Origin: Candidatus Spongiisociaceae bacterium
Lineage (GTDB): Bacteria; Actinomycetota; Acidimicrobiia; Spongiisociales; Spongiisociaceae
NCBI GenBank assembly: GCA_965262915.1
Contig: OZ253564.1
Span: 1,216,001-1,280,000 of the forward strand
Direction: 5' to 3'
DNA length: 64,000 nucleotides
Both the position numbers and the translations under genes were made by a program. The notes beneath the pieces are model-generated. The model saw nothing but the letters and a program-made list of their open reading frames with translations, ran no database searches and had not been told where the DNA came from. Shown piece after piece: positions 51,042 through 62,574 of the stretch (the first letter of the stretch is position 1; each line of letters starts with the position of its first letter).

Positions 51042-54000
51042 GTGGAACTCCAGTTCAAGATCCAGCAGTACCAGACCGACGCCGTCGAAGCGGTGGTCGA
51101 GTGTTTCGCCGGGCAGCCCAAGCATGATGGCATTTCGTACCGTGTCGATCCTGGCCACCAACCGAACGCAGATCAGCAGAAATTCGACGTGTCAGCGACT
51201 CACGATTCGGGTTTGCGTAACGCCGAGATTGCGCTGAGCACGGTGCAGCTGCTGGAGAACATCCACTCTGTGCAACACAGCCACAACCTCCCCCGATCCT
51301 GCAAGCTGGCCAACAGCAAGGCGGCACCGGACGCACCGAACTTAGACATCGAGATGGAGACAGGCACGGGCAAGACCTACGTCTACATCAAGACGATCAT
51401 GGAACTGCACCAGCGTTACGGGTGGAGCAAGTTTATCGTGGTCGTACCAAGCGTGGCGATCCGCGAGGGTGTGAAGAAGTCGTTCGATATCACCGCCGAC
51501 CACTTCCAGCAGTACTACAGCACCAAACCACGGTCGTTTATCTACAACTCGTCGCGACTTCACGAACTGGAGCGGTTCAGTTCGCACGGCGGGGTGCAGG
51601 TGATGATCATCAACATCCAGGCGTTCAACGCGACCGGCAAGGCCAACCGTCGAATCTACGAAGAACTCGACGACTTCCAGTCACGGCGCCCGATCGATGT
51701 AATCAGAGCCAATCGTCCGGTCCTGATCATCGATGAGCCTCAGAAGATCGGCGCAGCCAAGTCACTCAAGGCACTCTCGCGCTTCGAAGCACTCATAGTT
51801 CTGCGCTATTCGGCGACCCACAAGGTTGACCATGACAAGGTTCACCGGCTCGACGCTCTCGATGCGTACAACCAAAAGCTCGTGAAGAAGATAGCGGTGC
51901 GCGGCATCACCGTCAAAGGCCTAGCTGGAACCACCGCTTACCTGTACCTGAACGCCATCGAGATCTCCAAGCGACACAAACCACGGGCGCGTCTCGAGTT
52001 GGAGGTGCAGACGAAGGCGGGACCGATCAAGCGGCAGGTCAAGCGACTCGACGTCGGGGCGAACCTGCACGACGTCTCGGGCGGCATCGAGGCGTACAGG
52101 GGATTGTTCATCACCGAGATCGACGCCAACCGTGACGTGATTGAGCTGAGCAACGGTGACGTCGTGACCGTCGGGCAACTTACGGATCGCGACGTCACCG
52201 AGGAAACCAAGCGTCGCATCCAGATCCGGGAGGTGATACGCGCCCACCTTGACAAGGAGCGCGAACTGTTCGCGCAGGGCATCAAGGTGCTGTCTCTGTT
52301 CTTCATTGATGAGGTGGCCAAGTACCGCGACTACGACCGGGAAGACACGCTTGGCGATTACGCCCGCACTTTCGAGGAAGAGTACGCCGCCGCTGTAGAC
52401 GAGGTATTGGACGAGCCCACGCTCGACGAGACGACGAGGGTGTATCGGGAGTACCTGCGGCGCGACAAGGTGCGGACCGTGCACCAGGGTTACTTCTCGA
52501 TCGACAGGAGATCGAAGCGGCTGGTCAACCCGACGGTCGTCAAGAGGGGTGAGGAAAAGGGCCACTCAAAGGACGTCGACGCCTACGACCTGATTCTGAA
52601 GGACAAGGAGCGCCTGCTGTCGCTCGCCGAACCAGTGCGGTTCATCTTCTCCCACTCGGCGCTTCGCGAAGGATGGGACAACCCCAACGTGTTCGCTATA
52701 GGGATGCTCAAGAAGAGCGACAACATCGTGTCGCGCCGCCAGGAGGTGGGCCGCGGCCTACGGCTCGCCGTCAACCAGCACGGCGAGCGAATGGACAGCC
52801 CCATCACCGTCCACGACATCAACGAACTGACCGTGGTGACTGACGAGTCCTACACCGACTTCGTCGCGGGACTGCAGAAGGAAATCGACGAGTCGCTCTC
52901 CGCACGCCCCCGAAAGGCCACGCCGGAGTTCTTCGCCGACAAGGTGCTCCGAGTGCCAGACGGATCGGGTGAGCAGGTTGTCATCACGCTTGACCAGGCC
53001 AGGCATCTCCAGCACTGGCTCACAATGAACGGGTTCATCGACTACGAGCAGCATCTCACCGACAGGTGGCTAGACCGTGCGAACATCGACATGCCGGAGC
53101 TGCCTGACGGACTGGATCAGTTCTACTCCCAAGTCGCAGAACTGATAGATTCGCTCTACGTCGGCTTTCCACAGCCCACCGACGGACGCAGACCGAAGCG
53201 CATCCCACTCAACGAAGCAAATTTCGCGAAGAGGGAGTTTCAGGAGCTTTGGGGTCGTATCAACCACAAGGCCGTATACCAGGTCGAGTTCGATTCCACG
53301 GAGCTAATCGACAAGTGCATCAGTGCTGTCGACGCCCAATTGCACGTAACCGCGACGCAGTACGTCGTGAAGTCCGGAGAGCAGCGGGATGTGCTGGAGG
53401 CTTACGACCTAGCCGAGGGAGCGGGCTTCGACATCACCAGAACGGTCACACACATCGAACCCGCCACGGCCGCCTCGCAGGTCAAATACGACCTTCTCGG
53501 CAGGATCGCCGAGAAGACGCAACTCACCCGCCGCACAGTCAGCGCGGTCCTTCGTGGTATCCGGCGGGACACGTTCGCGAAATATCGGCAGAACCCCGAG
53601 CAGTTCATCACCGAAGCGGCACGCCTCATCAACGAACAAAAGGCCACCGTCATCGTGGAGCACTTGACCTACGACACCCTTACCGAGCGGCACACTACGG
53701 CGATATTCACCGAGAACCAGACCAGACAGGACTTCGCCAAGGCCGGGCCCAAGCTCACAAAACACATCTACGACTACGTGGTCACCGACTCGAAGGTCGA
53801 GCGCGACTTCGTAACCGAGATGGACACTAGCAACGAGGTCGTCGTGTACGCGAAGCTCCCGCGTGGATTCTTCATCCCAACCCCGGTCGGCGACTACCAC
53901 CCTGACTGGGCCATCACCTTCCAGAAGGGTACGGTCAAGCACGTCTACTTCGTCGCCGAAACCAAAGGTTCTCTCTCCTCGATGCAACTCAGGGGAGCCG

Positions 54001-54125
54001 AGTTGGCAAAGATCGAATGTGCCCGCAAGTTCTTCAAATCGCTGAACACGAAGAACAACTATGCCGTGAAGTACGACATCGTGACCAACTACTCAAGGCT
54101 CATGAGCCTTGTTGGACAGCCCTAA
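51042..54125 (+). CDS. res: Type III R-M endonuclease/helicase subunit
   Basis: METGTGKT, DEPQ, YSATH, LREGWDNP, QEVGRGLR, PDW...AETKG. Confidence 0.95.
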   Translation: MELQFKIQQYQTDAVEAVVECFAGQPKHDGISYRVDPGHQPNADQQKFDVSATHDSGLRNAEIALSTVQLLENIHSVQHSHNLPRSCKLANSKAAPDAPNLDIEMETGTGKTYVYIKTIMELHQRYGWSKFIVVVPSVAIREGVKKSFDITADHFQQYYSTKPRSFIYNSSRLHELERFSSHGGVQVMIINIQAFNATGKANRRIYEELDDFQSRRPIDVIRANRPVLIIDEPQKIGAAKSLKALSRFEALIVLRYSATHKVDHDKVHRLDALDAYNQKLVKKIAVRGITVKGLAGTTAYLYLNAIEISKRHKPRARLELEVQTKAGPIKRQVKRLDVGANLHDVSGGIEAYRGLFITEIDANRDVIELSNGDVVTVGQLTDRDVTEETKRRIQIREVIRAHLDKERELFAQGIKVLSLFFIDEVAKYRDYDREDTLGDYARTFEEEYAAAVDEVLDEPTLDETTRVYREYLRRDKVRTVHQGYFSIDRRSKRLVNPTVVKRGEEKGHSKDVDAYDLILKDKERLLSLAEPVRFIFSHSALREGWDNPNVFAIGMLKKSDNIVSRRQEVGRGLRLAVNQHGERMDSPITVHDINELTVVTDESYTDFVAGLQKEIDESLSARPRKATPEFFADKVLRVPDGSGEQVVITLDQARHLQHWLTMNGFIDYEQHLTDRWLDRANIDMPELPDGLDQFYSQVAELIDSLYVGFPQPTDGRRPKRIPLNEANFAKREFQELWGRINHKAVYQVEFDSTELIDKCISAVDAQLHVTATQYVVKSGEQRDVLEAYDLAEGAGFDITRTVTHIEPATAASQVKYDLLGRIAEKTQLTRRTVSAVLRGIRRDTFAKYRQNPEQFITEAARLINEQKATVIVEHLTYDTLTERHTTAIFTENQTRQDFAKAGPKLTKHIYDYVVTDSKVERDFVTEMDTSNEVVVYAKLPRGFFIPTPVGDYHPDWAITFQKGTVKHVYFVAETKGSLSSMQLRGAELAKIECARKFFKSLNTKNNYAVKYDIVTNYSRLMSLVGQP

Positions 54126-54156
54126 TCTGCTTGAGGCTGCGCGATTCCGTGGGGTT

Positions 54157-54400
54157 GGGGTTACCGTAGAAAATGGACAAAGGACAACGGTTTCGTTGGG
54201 CGACTGATGCGGCAGGTGGTGGTTTGGGGGTGGGGTTGTGATTGCTGTCTGGCGTTGGTGGGGTGACTAGAAGGAAGGTGGGGGAGTGTTAGGGGTTCTG
54301 AGGGGTCGGAGTTGTCCTTGGTGTTGGGGTGGTGAAGTCGTTTTGCCGTAGAAGTTGATGTGTTGGTGGATGGCGGGTGATAGGCGGGCGAGTCGGCGGC
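54157..54400 (-). mobile_element. Tn3-family right-end remnant
   Basis: LARLSPAIHQHINFYG...LRPLR C-terminus and a GGGGTTACCGTAGAAAA terminal-IR-like end. Confidence 0.7.
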
Positions 54401-54479
54401 AGGGAACGACGTGCAGAAGTTCAGCGCCTAGGCGATGTTCATGACCCGACACAGGGAGCTCCGGTCGCTGAGACCACAC

Positions 54480-55055
54480 CTATGGCCGAGTCCATGCACA
54501 GATACGCACCCAAACCGTTGTGTTTTGTCCATTTGCTACGGTCACCCCATCTACCTCTCCCAGCCAGGACTCGCCAAACGTGCTCGGCGCCCGGGCCCCG
54601 TTATGCCCCACTCCGATCCCATAACCCAACGTCAACTCGGCATCCACCCGAAGCGCCCCATACGTCCCGCGTGACCGTTGGTGGACTTGGTGGATGAGAT
54701 CGCCTAGCCAGGCATGGCGGATCGCCCGGGCCGAAGGTGAGGCCTGGTCCTCCAGGCGTAGAACCCCGACTCTGACACCCCAAGCACCCGGCAAGCCACC
54801 CTGGTGGGTAGCCTCTCGCTGTTTATCGTCTGGATCGCTTCGAACCGTCTTTTGGGGACACCACCTGGGCTTTCAGCAACTTGTTGGCTCGCTTGGTCAC
54901 GGCCAGCTCCGTCTCCAGCTCAGCGATCCGACGACGCGCTGGCCGCAGTTCTGCCCCCTCCGCAGAAGTGAGGCGACGGTCAACAGCGTCTTGGCGTCGC
55001 CAGTTGTAGATCATCTGATCCGACACACCAAGATCAGCCGACAGAGACGCCACCG
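54480..55055 (-). mobile_element. IS3-family remnant
   Basis: orfA-like ADLGVSDQMIYNWRRQ...IAELETEL; orfB-like SRGTYGALRV.AEL. Confidence 0.7.
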
Positions 55056-55178
55056 AAGTAGTGTCCGTTCTTGTGGTGTACTGGGGGGTGAGGCTCCTTT
55101 GATTTAGGTGACCACCGCGTCAGCCTCACAGAGGTATTCAGCTCGAACCGTGAGGAGGAACGCGGTGGTCAACACAAG

Positions 55179-55500
55179 GATGGACGAGTTGGTGTGGTTA
55201 CCCACACCAACTCGAGGCAGAGGGCAATGATTTGCTGCGGGAGATGATCCGTAGCTTCGCGCAGGGGTTGATGTGATCTGTGGAACTCCGTAGGGTGAGC
55301 GGAGCCCGGATCGGGTGAATCGTCGTAACGGGTATCGGACCCGCCGCTGGGACACCCGGGTGGGTTCGATCGAGTTGTGGATTCCCCAAGCCGCGGCAGG
55401 GTTCGTACTTCCCGGAATGGCTGTTGGATACCCGTACCCGTTCGGAGCGGGCGTTCGTGCAGGTCGTGACCGAAGCCGATGTGAGGATGAAGATGAACGG
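55179..55500 (+). mobile_element. IS256-family transposase remnant
   Basis: NRRNGYRTRRWDTRVGSIELWIP; ERAFVQVVTEA. Confidence 0.75.
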
Positions 55501-55628
55501 ACCAAGCCTTTGGCCTAGACCTTCGAATGGCATGGCACCGGGAAATCATACTCTCGAATCGTTCCCAGATGCTCGACGCCGTTCCACGCCCCGATCACAA
55601 CGTCGTGGCCTTGTGAGCGGCCACAGCA

Positions 55629-55844
55629 TCACGACGGGGCACGGCATGAGCGCCCGGTGCGACGCGCCCACACCTCAATATCGCGCCTCAACCACAACCG
55701 GCACTGTCCCCGCTCGATGGCTGGAGGTGGGAAGTTGCCATACCGCGAGCGGTAGACGCTGACCACACTCCTAGAGGCGAGACCAAGGAGAACGGCCACG
55801 TCACCCGCGTCCACAAGATCATTGGGGTCTATCAGCTCGGGCAC
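55629..55844 (-). CDS. Small AlpA/excisionase-like DNA-binding protein
   Basis: DLVDAGDVAVLLGL...FPPP...RLWLRRDIEVW. Confidence 0.6.
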   Translation of the reverse strand: MPELIDPNDLVDAGDVAVLLGLASRSVVSVYRSRYGNFPPPAIERGQCRLWLRRDIEVWARRTGRSCRAPS

Positions 55845-56066
55845 GTGCGCCGACTGTAGTTGACGCGAGCCTCCGACCCCGGCAGAGTTGGAGAGCTCCA
55901 ACATTTCGGCTAACTTGGGGAAGTCAGGGTTGAGTTGGGCGAGCATGAACGGTCTGCTAGGTACTGCGATCAGCCCTTGGCGAGCAGGACTGTACGCTGA
56001 GGTCCCGGCTCATCGTTCGAATGAGGATTGAGGGCCGGTTGCGAGGGTGGGGTAAATGTGGCGTCT

Positions 56067-57593
56067 ATGAGTAAGAATTGGTCCCGGGAGGTGGGAGATC
56101 TCGTCCTGCCCGAGAATTTCGTTCTAGCTACGCGTGATACGGGATACCGTTCCCCTGCCTATGCCCTTGCCGAACTCGTAGACAACGCGATTCAGGCTGG
56201 CGCGAGTCAGGTCATAATTTGTATCAATTCTCTCGAGAGCACCGAGCATCCGATCGAAATCGAGGTGGTCGACAATGGGCACGGTATTAGGGAGGACGAA
56301 CTCCAGTCGGCGCTCGCGTTCGGAGGGACATCTAGGTTCGACGACCGTTCTTCGCTCGGCCGATACGGTATGGGACTCCCAAATGGGGCCCTGGCTCTGG
56401 CGCGACGGGTGGCAGTGTGTTCTTGGGATGGCGAGGCCGCGTACAGCACCCAACTCGATGTGGATGCGATCGCTGAGCGTCGTTGGTCCGGGATCCCAAA
56501 GCCTGTACGGAGTAACCCCCCGACCTCGGCGGTGGGCTTCCCGAGTGGCACAGCTGTCCGCTTGACATCTTGTGATCGGCTTTCGTATCGGCGAGTTGGA
56601 AATTTCGTATCTCGTATCCGGGTGGACTTCGCGCGTATCTACCGCCGCTTCCTGGTACAGGACCTAACTCTCACGGTTAACGGGATACCCGTAAGGGCAT
56701 TCGATCCCCTTTTCCTCAATACAGGTGATGGAGTAGGTAGTGGACGCCAGTTCGGCAGCATCTTGAAATATGACCTGATCGGTGATAACGGCCAAGCAGG
56801 GCGTGTTACCGTTCTGTTCTCGGAACTTCCGGTGGAGAGGTGGTCTCCGCTGACAGCAAAGGAGAAGCGATTGATCGGGATCAATGCCAGTCCGTCCGTG
56901 TCGGTCATGAGAGCAGGGCGTGAGATTGATCGAGGCTGGTTCTTCATGGGAGGAAAGCGACGTGAGAACTACGACGACTGGTGGCGTTGCGAAGTCTCGT
57001 TCGATCCCGAGTTGGACGAACTCTTCGGTATCACGCACGCGAAGCAGCAGATCTCCCCGAGGAGCGACCTTCAGGCCGTGTTGACACCCGATCTCGAAGC
57101 TGTGGGAAGGGCGCTCAACTCTAGGGTGCGCAAGCGATTTGACAATATGAAGTATGCTGCCCCACTCAACGAGGCAGAGAAGAAGGCTCTTCGAGCCCAC
57201 CATAGGCTTCCTCCACTGCCGATATCCGATGGGCGTAGGTGGGCTAGATCGACAGATATAGCAGCTCACTACTTCGTAGGAACGACGCTGTCCGTGGCCC
57301 CATATCGGATTACCGTAGGCTCCCTTGAGTCGACCTCTGCCTATGAACTCTTCAGCTGTGACGGACAGCTAAACCTCATATTGAACGATCATCATCCCTT
57401 CTTTCGAGACCTCTACGAGCCGCTTGTCGGGCTCGGAACCGAACGAGGACCTAAACTAGCTTCTTACCTAGCCTTGACCATACTTGCTGCGGCGCGCGTT
57501 GAGGCCGAGATTATCGATCCGGCGGATCAGGCTCAGTTCAGTAGGTTGCGCCAGCGATGGAGTGATATATTGGCCAGTTTTTTCAACGCATGA
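56067..57593 (+). CDS. GHKL (HATPase_c_3 / MORC-like) ATPase
   Basis: RDTGY, ALAELVDNA, DNGHG, LGRYGMGL, GT Bergerat-fold motifs; C-terminal LILNDHHPFF. Confidence 0.85.
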   Translation: MSKNWSREVGDLVLPENFVLATRDTGYRSPAYALAELVDNAIQAGASQVIICINSLESTEHPIEIEVVDNGHGIREDELQSALAFGGTSRFDDRSSLGRYGMGLPNGALALARRVAVCSWDGEAAYSTQLDVDAIAERRWSGIPKPVRSNPPTSAVGFPSGTAVRLTSCDRLSYRRVGNFVSRIRVDFARIYRRFLVQDLTLTVNGIPVRAFDPLFLNTGDGVGSGRQFGSILKYDLIGDNGQAGRVTVLFSELPVERWSPLTAKEKRLIGINASPSVSVMRAGREIDRGWFFMGGKRRENYDDWWRCEVSFDPELDELFGITHAKQQISPRSDLQAVLTPDLEAVGRALNSRVRKRFDNMKYAAPLNEAEKKALRAHHRLPPLPISDGRRWARSTDIAAHYFVGTTLSVAPYRITVGSLESTSAYELFSCDGQLNLILNDHHPFFRDLYEPLVGLGTERGPKLASYLALTILAAARVEAEIIDPADQAQFSRLRQRWSDILASFFNA

Positions 57594-59563
57594 CCCACGA
57601 ACTGCCGAATGGGGAATGGGTTACTCTGGAAGGACCACGGGGAGCGACAGATTCGTGTCGTCAACGGTTTGTCATTCTGGCACGCAAACTTGAATTGAGT
57701 AGTAGATCTGAGAACCTACTAAGAACGATAACCGCACTCGAAGAGTCCGACGATCTTGTACTGAAGAGTTCTCTTTCCGTACTCGTTGACTTAGTTGCCC
57801 AAGGATGGAGACTCCGTGTGGATCACAGCACCATTCTGGTACATCCTCCGATTATTAACCCGGATGTAATGCAGGAAAAGGAGCGGGTTCGCCAACTTGA
57901 ACTTTGGAAACGAGCAGAACAACTTCGGAAGCCATCGGTACGTTCCTTTATCAAGAAGATGGAGACTCCTAAATATCACGACGGTCGCTTCACGTCAATC
58001 TTCGACCTTCTTCGGGATGGGCAAGAGCTTGTTGTATCACTCAAGGCGGCGGCCTCCGCTAGTTGTCGTGAAACAGCACTTCGCGACTGTATAGATCCGT
58101 ATATCCAAATCGTTGAGGCGTCTAGCCGATGTGCATATACGGGCCTACGCCTACTCGACATATGGCGCTACTTTCGACACACTTGGATAACTCAATACAG
58201 TACAACGCCGGGTCGGACGATGATACTACTTGTCCGTGATGCGGCGGCAGAAAACCATCCTGTGATCGGTATAGCTGCGCTAGCGTCGCCGATCATCCAG
58301 ATCTCGGAGCGAGATACATGGATCGGATGGCAACCGGATTCCTATCTTGATCTTATAGAGCGAGATCCAACGGCAACCCATGCTACGTGGCTGGTATCTA
58401 GGCTTAGAGCTAGCCTCGCAGAACTGTATCTGGACGATCTCATTGCAGACAGACTCTATTGGCCAGCGCTTTGGCTCGAACCGGATCCGGATAAGATCGA
58501 TCGGTTACGAGCAGAATCCAAGAGATGTCGTACGAACCACGCTCGCTTCTCACGTCCTCAAGACCATAAACGAGCCGACTCGGATCCCGACAAATGGCTG
58601 GCTCGTGCCGAGACCGATCTCTTCAGGAGCAAGCGGTGTGCGGTTCTGGCAGATCTCCTATTTGCTCGATCAGCCCTGCTCCCATATATCACCCCGGTAC
58701 CATCCAGAGCTGGCCTACAAGCAGCAATGACCGACCGAAACGCTCGCCGTGCGATTCTGGGTGTCATTCGCCGTGCGAAGGCAGCCTCCGTAGGTTCTGT
58801 GATGGCTGACCTCTCGGTCTGTGGCGCGATCGCACCCTACAACGCCCTACTCGGTGGGAAGCTTGTCAGCATGCTGAGTGTCAGCCCGTCGGTTATCCGC
58901 GCCTACAAGGCCAAGTACCAGTCCTCCCCGAGCGAGATTGCCTCTTCGATGGCTGGTCGCCCCATCTACCGTAGCGTGGACCTCGTCTACATTGGGACGA
59001 CTTCGCTCTTCGGGTCAGGGTCCAGCCAATACAATCGCATACGACTCCCAGAGGGTGTGCTTCGGGGGGCGACTGGCTCTGTAGAATTCAAGAGGCTTGG
59101 TCGGTCAAGGTCGTACGGTACCTCCCATCTGTCGAGTCGCTCCATGAAGTATCTCGTCAACTTGGCCGAACTGCGTGCTGGCGGCACCCGCATCAACTCA
59201 ATCTTCGGTGAGGGCGCCAACCCGAAACTGAGGAAGATGCGTGAAGGTATCGACCAACTGGGGTGGCCGTCGGACAAGTTGCTCCGTCATGGCCGGACCC
59301 GACTCGTGTACGGAGTACCGCTTGTTCACAACCTACTTCCGTACCTTCTTGACGTAGAGCGCAAGCCGGCGTATCTATTCGACGTAGACAACTTGGAGGA
59401 TACCGACGAGATCGCTCGCTATTGGACGACTCGGTGGCTCGCCCGCCGGAGTCGGCGGCCCGAGGTTCTTGATGAAGTAGCTCGGCATCGACTCTCCCAC
59501 CCCATCAGCCACGGAGCGAAAGTCGATCTACCCAGTGCCTCTCCGGAGAGGGGCCAGAGCTAA
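57590..59563 (+). CDS. druA: Druantia DruA-like protein (DUF4338)
   Basis: WRYFRHTW, PGR.M..LVRD...HPVIGI..LASP, VCGAIAPYN.LLGGKLV, TTSLFG.GSSQYNR. Confidence 0.8.
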   Translation: MTHELPNGEWVTLEGPRGATDSCRQRFVILARKLELSSRSENLLRTITALEESDDLVLKSSLSVLVDLVAQGWRLRVDHSTILVHPPIINPDVMQEKERVRQLELWKRAEQLRKPSVRSFIKKMETPKYHDGRFTSIFDLLRDGQELVVSLKAAASASCRETALRDCIDPYIQIVEASSRCAYTGLRLLDIWRYFRHTWITQYSTTPGRTMILLVRDAAAENHPVIGIAALASPIIQISERDTWIGWQPDSYLDLIERDPTATHATWLVSRLRASLAELYLDDLIADRLYWPALWLEPDPDKIDRLRAESKRCRTNHARFSRPQDHKRADSDPDKWLARAETDLFRSKRCAVLADLLFARSALLPYITPVPSRAGLQAAMTDRNARRAILGVIRRAKAASVGSVMADLSVCGAIAPYNALLGGKLVSMLSVSPSVIRAYKAKYQSSPSEIASSMAGRPIYRSVDLVYIGTTSLFGSGSSQYNRIRLPEGVLRGATGSVEFKRLGRSRSYGTSHLSSRSMKYLVNLAELRAGGTRINSIFGEGANPKLRKMREGIDQLGWPSDKLLRHGRTRLVYGVPLVHNLLPYLLDVERKPAYLFDVDNLEDTDEIARYWTTRWLARRSRRPEVLDEVARHRLSHPISHGAKVDLPSASPERGQS

Positions 59564-59700
59564 CTGGCGCCGCGATGGGCATCCACCGGACCATGGATCT
59601 ACGTCTACGGGACGAAGGTCACACGGCTCGACCATAATAGGGGCGTGGAGGTCTCGAACGGCAGCGCAACCTCAATGACCGGGGCACGGGGGTAGCGACC

Positions 59701-62574
59701 ATGAGCGGGTTGCTCGCAGACTGGCACCGTCAGCTCCACGAGAACTTTGGATCGCTACGTGATGAGCGTGAGCGTCGCACGCCGGGACGCCCAGTCTTCG
59801 CCCTTGAGCACGGGCTCGACCGTCACTCGGAACTGCCCGAATTGATCCAAGTTGTGCGCGGCTCCATAGCTTCTGGCAGGATGCTCGCAACATCCCACTG
59901 GCTTCCGATCATTGTGTACGCGGCTGAGATAGGATACGACTATCAAGGCGACGCATACTGGCCTAGATTTGAATCGAAGACTCCATGTTGGGAACAGCTA
60001 GGTAATACAGGTCGCGACTACATCCGGGCGACGTTCAAGGATTTTGCTGAGTCGTACGGGGGCGCGAGACCATCCGGGCGATGGGCTGAGTGGTTCACGA
60101 TAATCGCATGGCCGATAACACATGCTGTACTCCCCGTCTACCTCCAGCGACAACTAGCGTTACTACTACACAACTATCGGAATGTACTGACGGCCGAGCT
60201 GCTGCATGACCACGACGAACTCGGAAAGCGTTTGGCTAGCCATAGCCACAGTTCCTCAGAGCGGTTCAGGAACTTCGCGGAGAACTCATCGCTGCTAGGA
60301 CTCGTAGCAGCCTCGTTACTATCCGACGACGAAGAGGATTCGGGCCTGCTCAGGTCTTCGACCCTACATAGGATCGTCAAAGATCTGCACAGCGAACGCC
60401 AAGCGGGTGAATGGCTCCTAAGCGCGCGACGGGTAGCCGACACAGTTAGACGCCGTGGATTCCTTTCGAACAGAAACGCGCCGAGGCCACTACCCAGGTC
60501 GAGCAGTTCGGAGCAGGTGCAATCGCCTCGTCTCGACCTTGAATTGGAGGTCCGACGGAGGGGGCCGGAATGGACGGTCTACGTCACCGTACCCAGCCAT
60601 CAGTCCCTAGCCCGGCGGTTCCCCGACGTTGGACGTGAACTTCGGCGGCTTCGCTATCGAGTAGATGGTGTAACTACACGAAGGGTACAACCGCGAGGCG
60701 CCCTCATGTACGAACGGGGACCGTTCCCGCTATCGCGTTATCCCATACCGGGTACCTCCGTCATAATCCCGGAAGGGGCTACCTTCATAGTGAAGCAGCT
60801 CTTAATTGATAGCTGTAAGCTCCCTGGAGGCCCTTGGCTTTTCTACCTTCGCGAGTCCGGCCACGGAACAGAGATTCGTACCAGGCGGGTCCGGCCCGGA
60901 CACAACTATGTGGTCCTCAGCGATCCGATGGCTCAGATCGCGTCCCGATGGTGTGTGCCTGTTCCGCTCTCAACAGAAGGCGTACAAGCTCACCACCTGA
61001 ATATCCCTGAACACGTCGACTCTTCGATCATTAGAGAATTGCGAGAGCTGGGTATCGGTGTAGTCTCTGATGCCCACGTATGGCCCGCAGGTCTTGTTCC
61101 TGCACGTTGGGACGGAGCAGGACGAGCCGCTTGGCGGTTGGGTGATAGCCCGATCCTCGGGATCCAATGCACTCGAGCAGCATCCACTTGCCGCGTCACC
61201 GTCGGGGAATCTACGATCGAACTATCTTGGCCTAACGACAGCGATATGCTCTTCCTTCGGCTGGTGGATCTTGATATCGGTATCCATCTGGTGGAAGTGA
61301 TGATTCTTTCTGATCCCTCGGACGAGTTGATAGCTGAAGGACAACTTGAAGTAAGCATAATAGAGCCAGCAGACAGCATGGTGGACTCTGGGGCTCGCCA
61401 AGGGCTTAGGATTATGAGCTATCCGGCCCAACCGACGTTCTCTGAGTTGTGGACTGGCGACGCTGTAGTTGTCGCTGATGGTCCTCTAGGTGAGAGGGTC
61501 AAGTTCCAGGTCTCTCTTATGAATAGCCGGGGGAGTCCGGAGGTGGCGCTCGCTCCTTTCTCGTCCGAGTTACCGGTAGATGACAAACGATGGCGAGCTC
61601 TATGGCGCACTGCCCAGGGAAACTGGACTGCTGACCGGGGCGATAACAAGTTGCACGCGTCTTCCGCCCAGGCTGAAGAACTGGTGATTTCAGCATCCAA
61701 CCCGATACTCGGGTCGTTCCAGATAAGAGCTGAGCGGCCATTCTCTGCCCTCCGTTGGTATGGAGGAATTGACCGTGAGGGCCCGTTTGCACGGTTGGTT
61801 GATCAAACCGATCGTAGAGATATCGTAGTTGACTATTATGACCTACGTTGCCCGGACGAGAGAGGCGAACCGAAACTCGATGAGAAACGTCAGGTACGGA
61901 GCGTTTACGGCGGCTTAGTAGTAGCGAGTATTCCTGGCCTAGAGACGGGGATAGTCCTACCAACCCATATATCGGGCAATTTACTAGACCTGCGGCGATC
62001 TAATACTCGTCCCTCCATAAATATCGATGACAGGTGTTCAGAGTCTGTGTGTCGCCTGATACAAATAGCGAGGTTATGGACCCATACTGGGCTAGCCCTG
62101 GATAACAGAGCAGCAATTGTGCAGTCCAAAGTAAATGACGCACTTGTGGCAGCATTAGGTAGAATGATCTGCGGAGGTCGGTGGTGGCGTATTATAGAAA
62201 ATTCTGTAATGAAGGGTACTCGTCCGACGTATCACGACTTGCTGATCGCAGCTGGAGATACACCCGAGGAATGTGAAGTAGCAGGTCGACTGCAACAGAT
62301 CGCTACAACAGTATCAGCGGACCCAATCGAACGGTCCATACGGTTCTTCAATACACTAGGGCTTAATCCAGAGTTCTCTAATACAGTTACGAATGTAGTT
62401 CGGCTAGCAACGGTACCCGGGGCGCTCATACTCAACGAAAGAGAGGTGGGGCAATCGATAGAGTTAGTTCTGACTGCACCATCGATCTATCGATTGGCGA
62501 GACTATTCGTATTGACAATTGCCAACTACGAGAACGATGAACCGTTTGCGACCTTGAGGAACTGGCCGTGGTAG
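59701..62574 (+). CDS. Large Druantia-associated protein of unknown function (DruF-like by size and position)
   Basis: 957-aa clean ORF (VFALEHGL, YAAEIGY, IIAWPITHAVLP) in operon upstream of a DruE-like helicase. Confidence 0.65.
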   Translation: MSGLLADWHRQLHENFGSLRDERERRTPGRPVFALEHGLDRHSELPELIQVVRGSIASGRMLATSHWLPIIVYAAEIGYDYQGDAYWPRFESKTPCWEQLGNTGRDYIRATFKDFAESYGGARPSGRWAEWFTIIAWPITHAVLPVYLQRQLALLLHNYRNVLTAELLHDHDELGKRLASHSHSSSERFRNFAENSSLLGLVAASLLSDDEEDSGLLRSSTLHRIVKDLHSERQAGEWLLSARRVADTVRRRGFLSNRNAPRPLPRSSSSEQVQSPRLDLELEVRRRGPEWTVYVTVPSHQSLARRFPDVGRELRRLRYRVDGVTTRRVQPRGALMYERGPFPLSRYPIPGTSVIIPEGATFIVKQLLIDSCKLPGGPWLFYLRESGHGTEIRTRRVRPGHNYVVLSDPMAQIASRWCVPVPLSTEGVQAHHLNIPEHVDSSIIRELRELGIGVVSDAHVWPAGLVPARWDGAGRAAWRLGDSPILGIQCTRAASTCRVTVGESTIELSWPNDSDMLFLRLVDLDIGIHLVEVMILSDPSDELIAEGQLEVSIIEPADSMVDSGARQGLRIMSYPAQPTFSELWTGDAVVVADGPLGERVKFQVSLMNSRGSPEVALAPFSSELPVDDKRWRALWRTAQGNWTADRGDNKLHASSAQAEELVISASNPILGSFQIRAERPFSALRWYGGIDREGPFARLVDQTDRRDIVVDYYDLRCPDERGEPKLDEKRQVRSVYGGLVVASIPGLETGIVLPTHISGNLLDLRRSNTRPSINIDDRCSESVCRLIQIARLWTHTGLALDNRAAIVQSKVNDALVAALGRMICGGRWWRIIENSVMKGTRPTYHDLLIAAGDTPEECEVAGRLQQIATTVSADPIERSIRFFNTLGLNPEFSNTVTNVVRLATVPGALILNEREVGQSIELVLTAPSIYRLARLFVLTIANYENDEPFATLRNWPW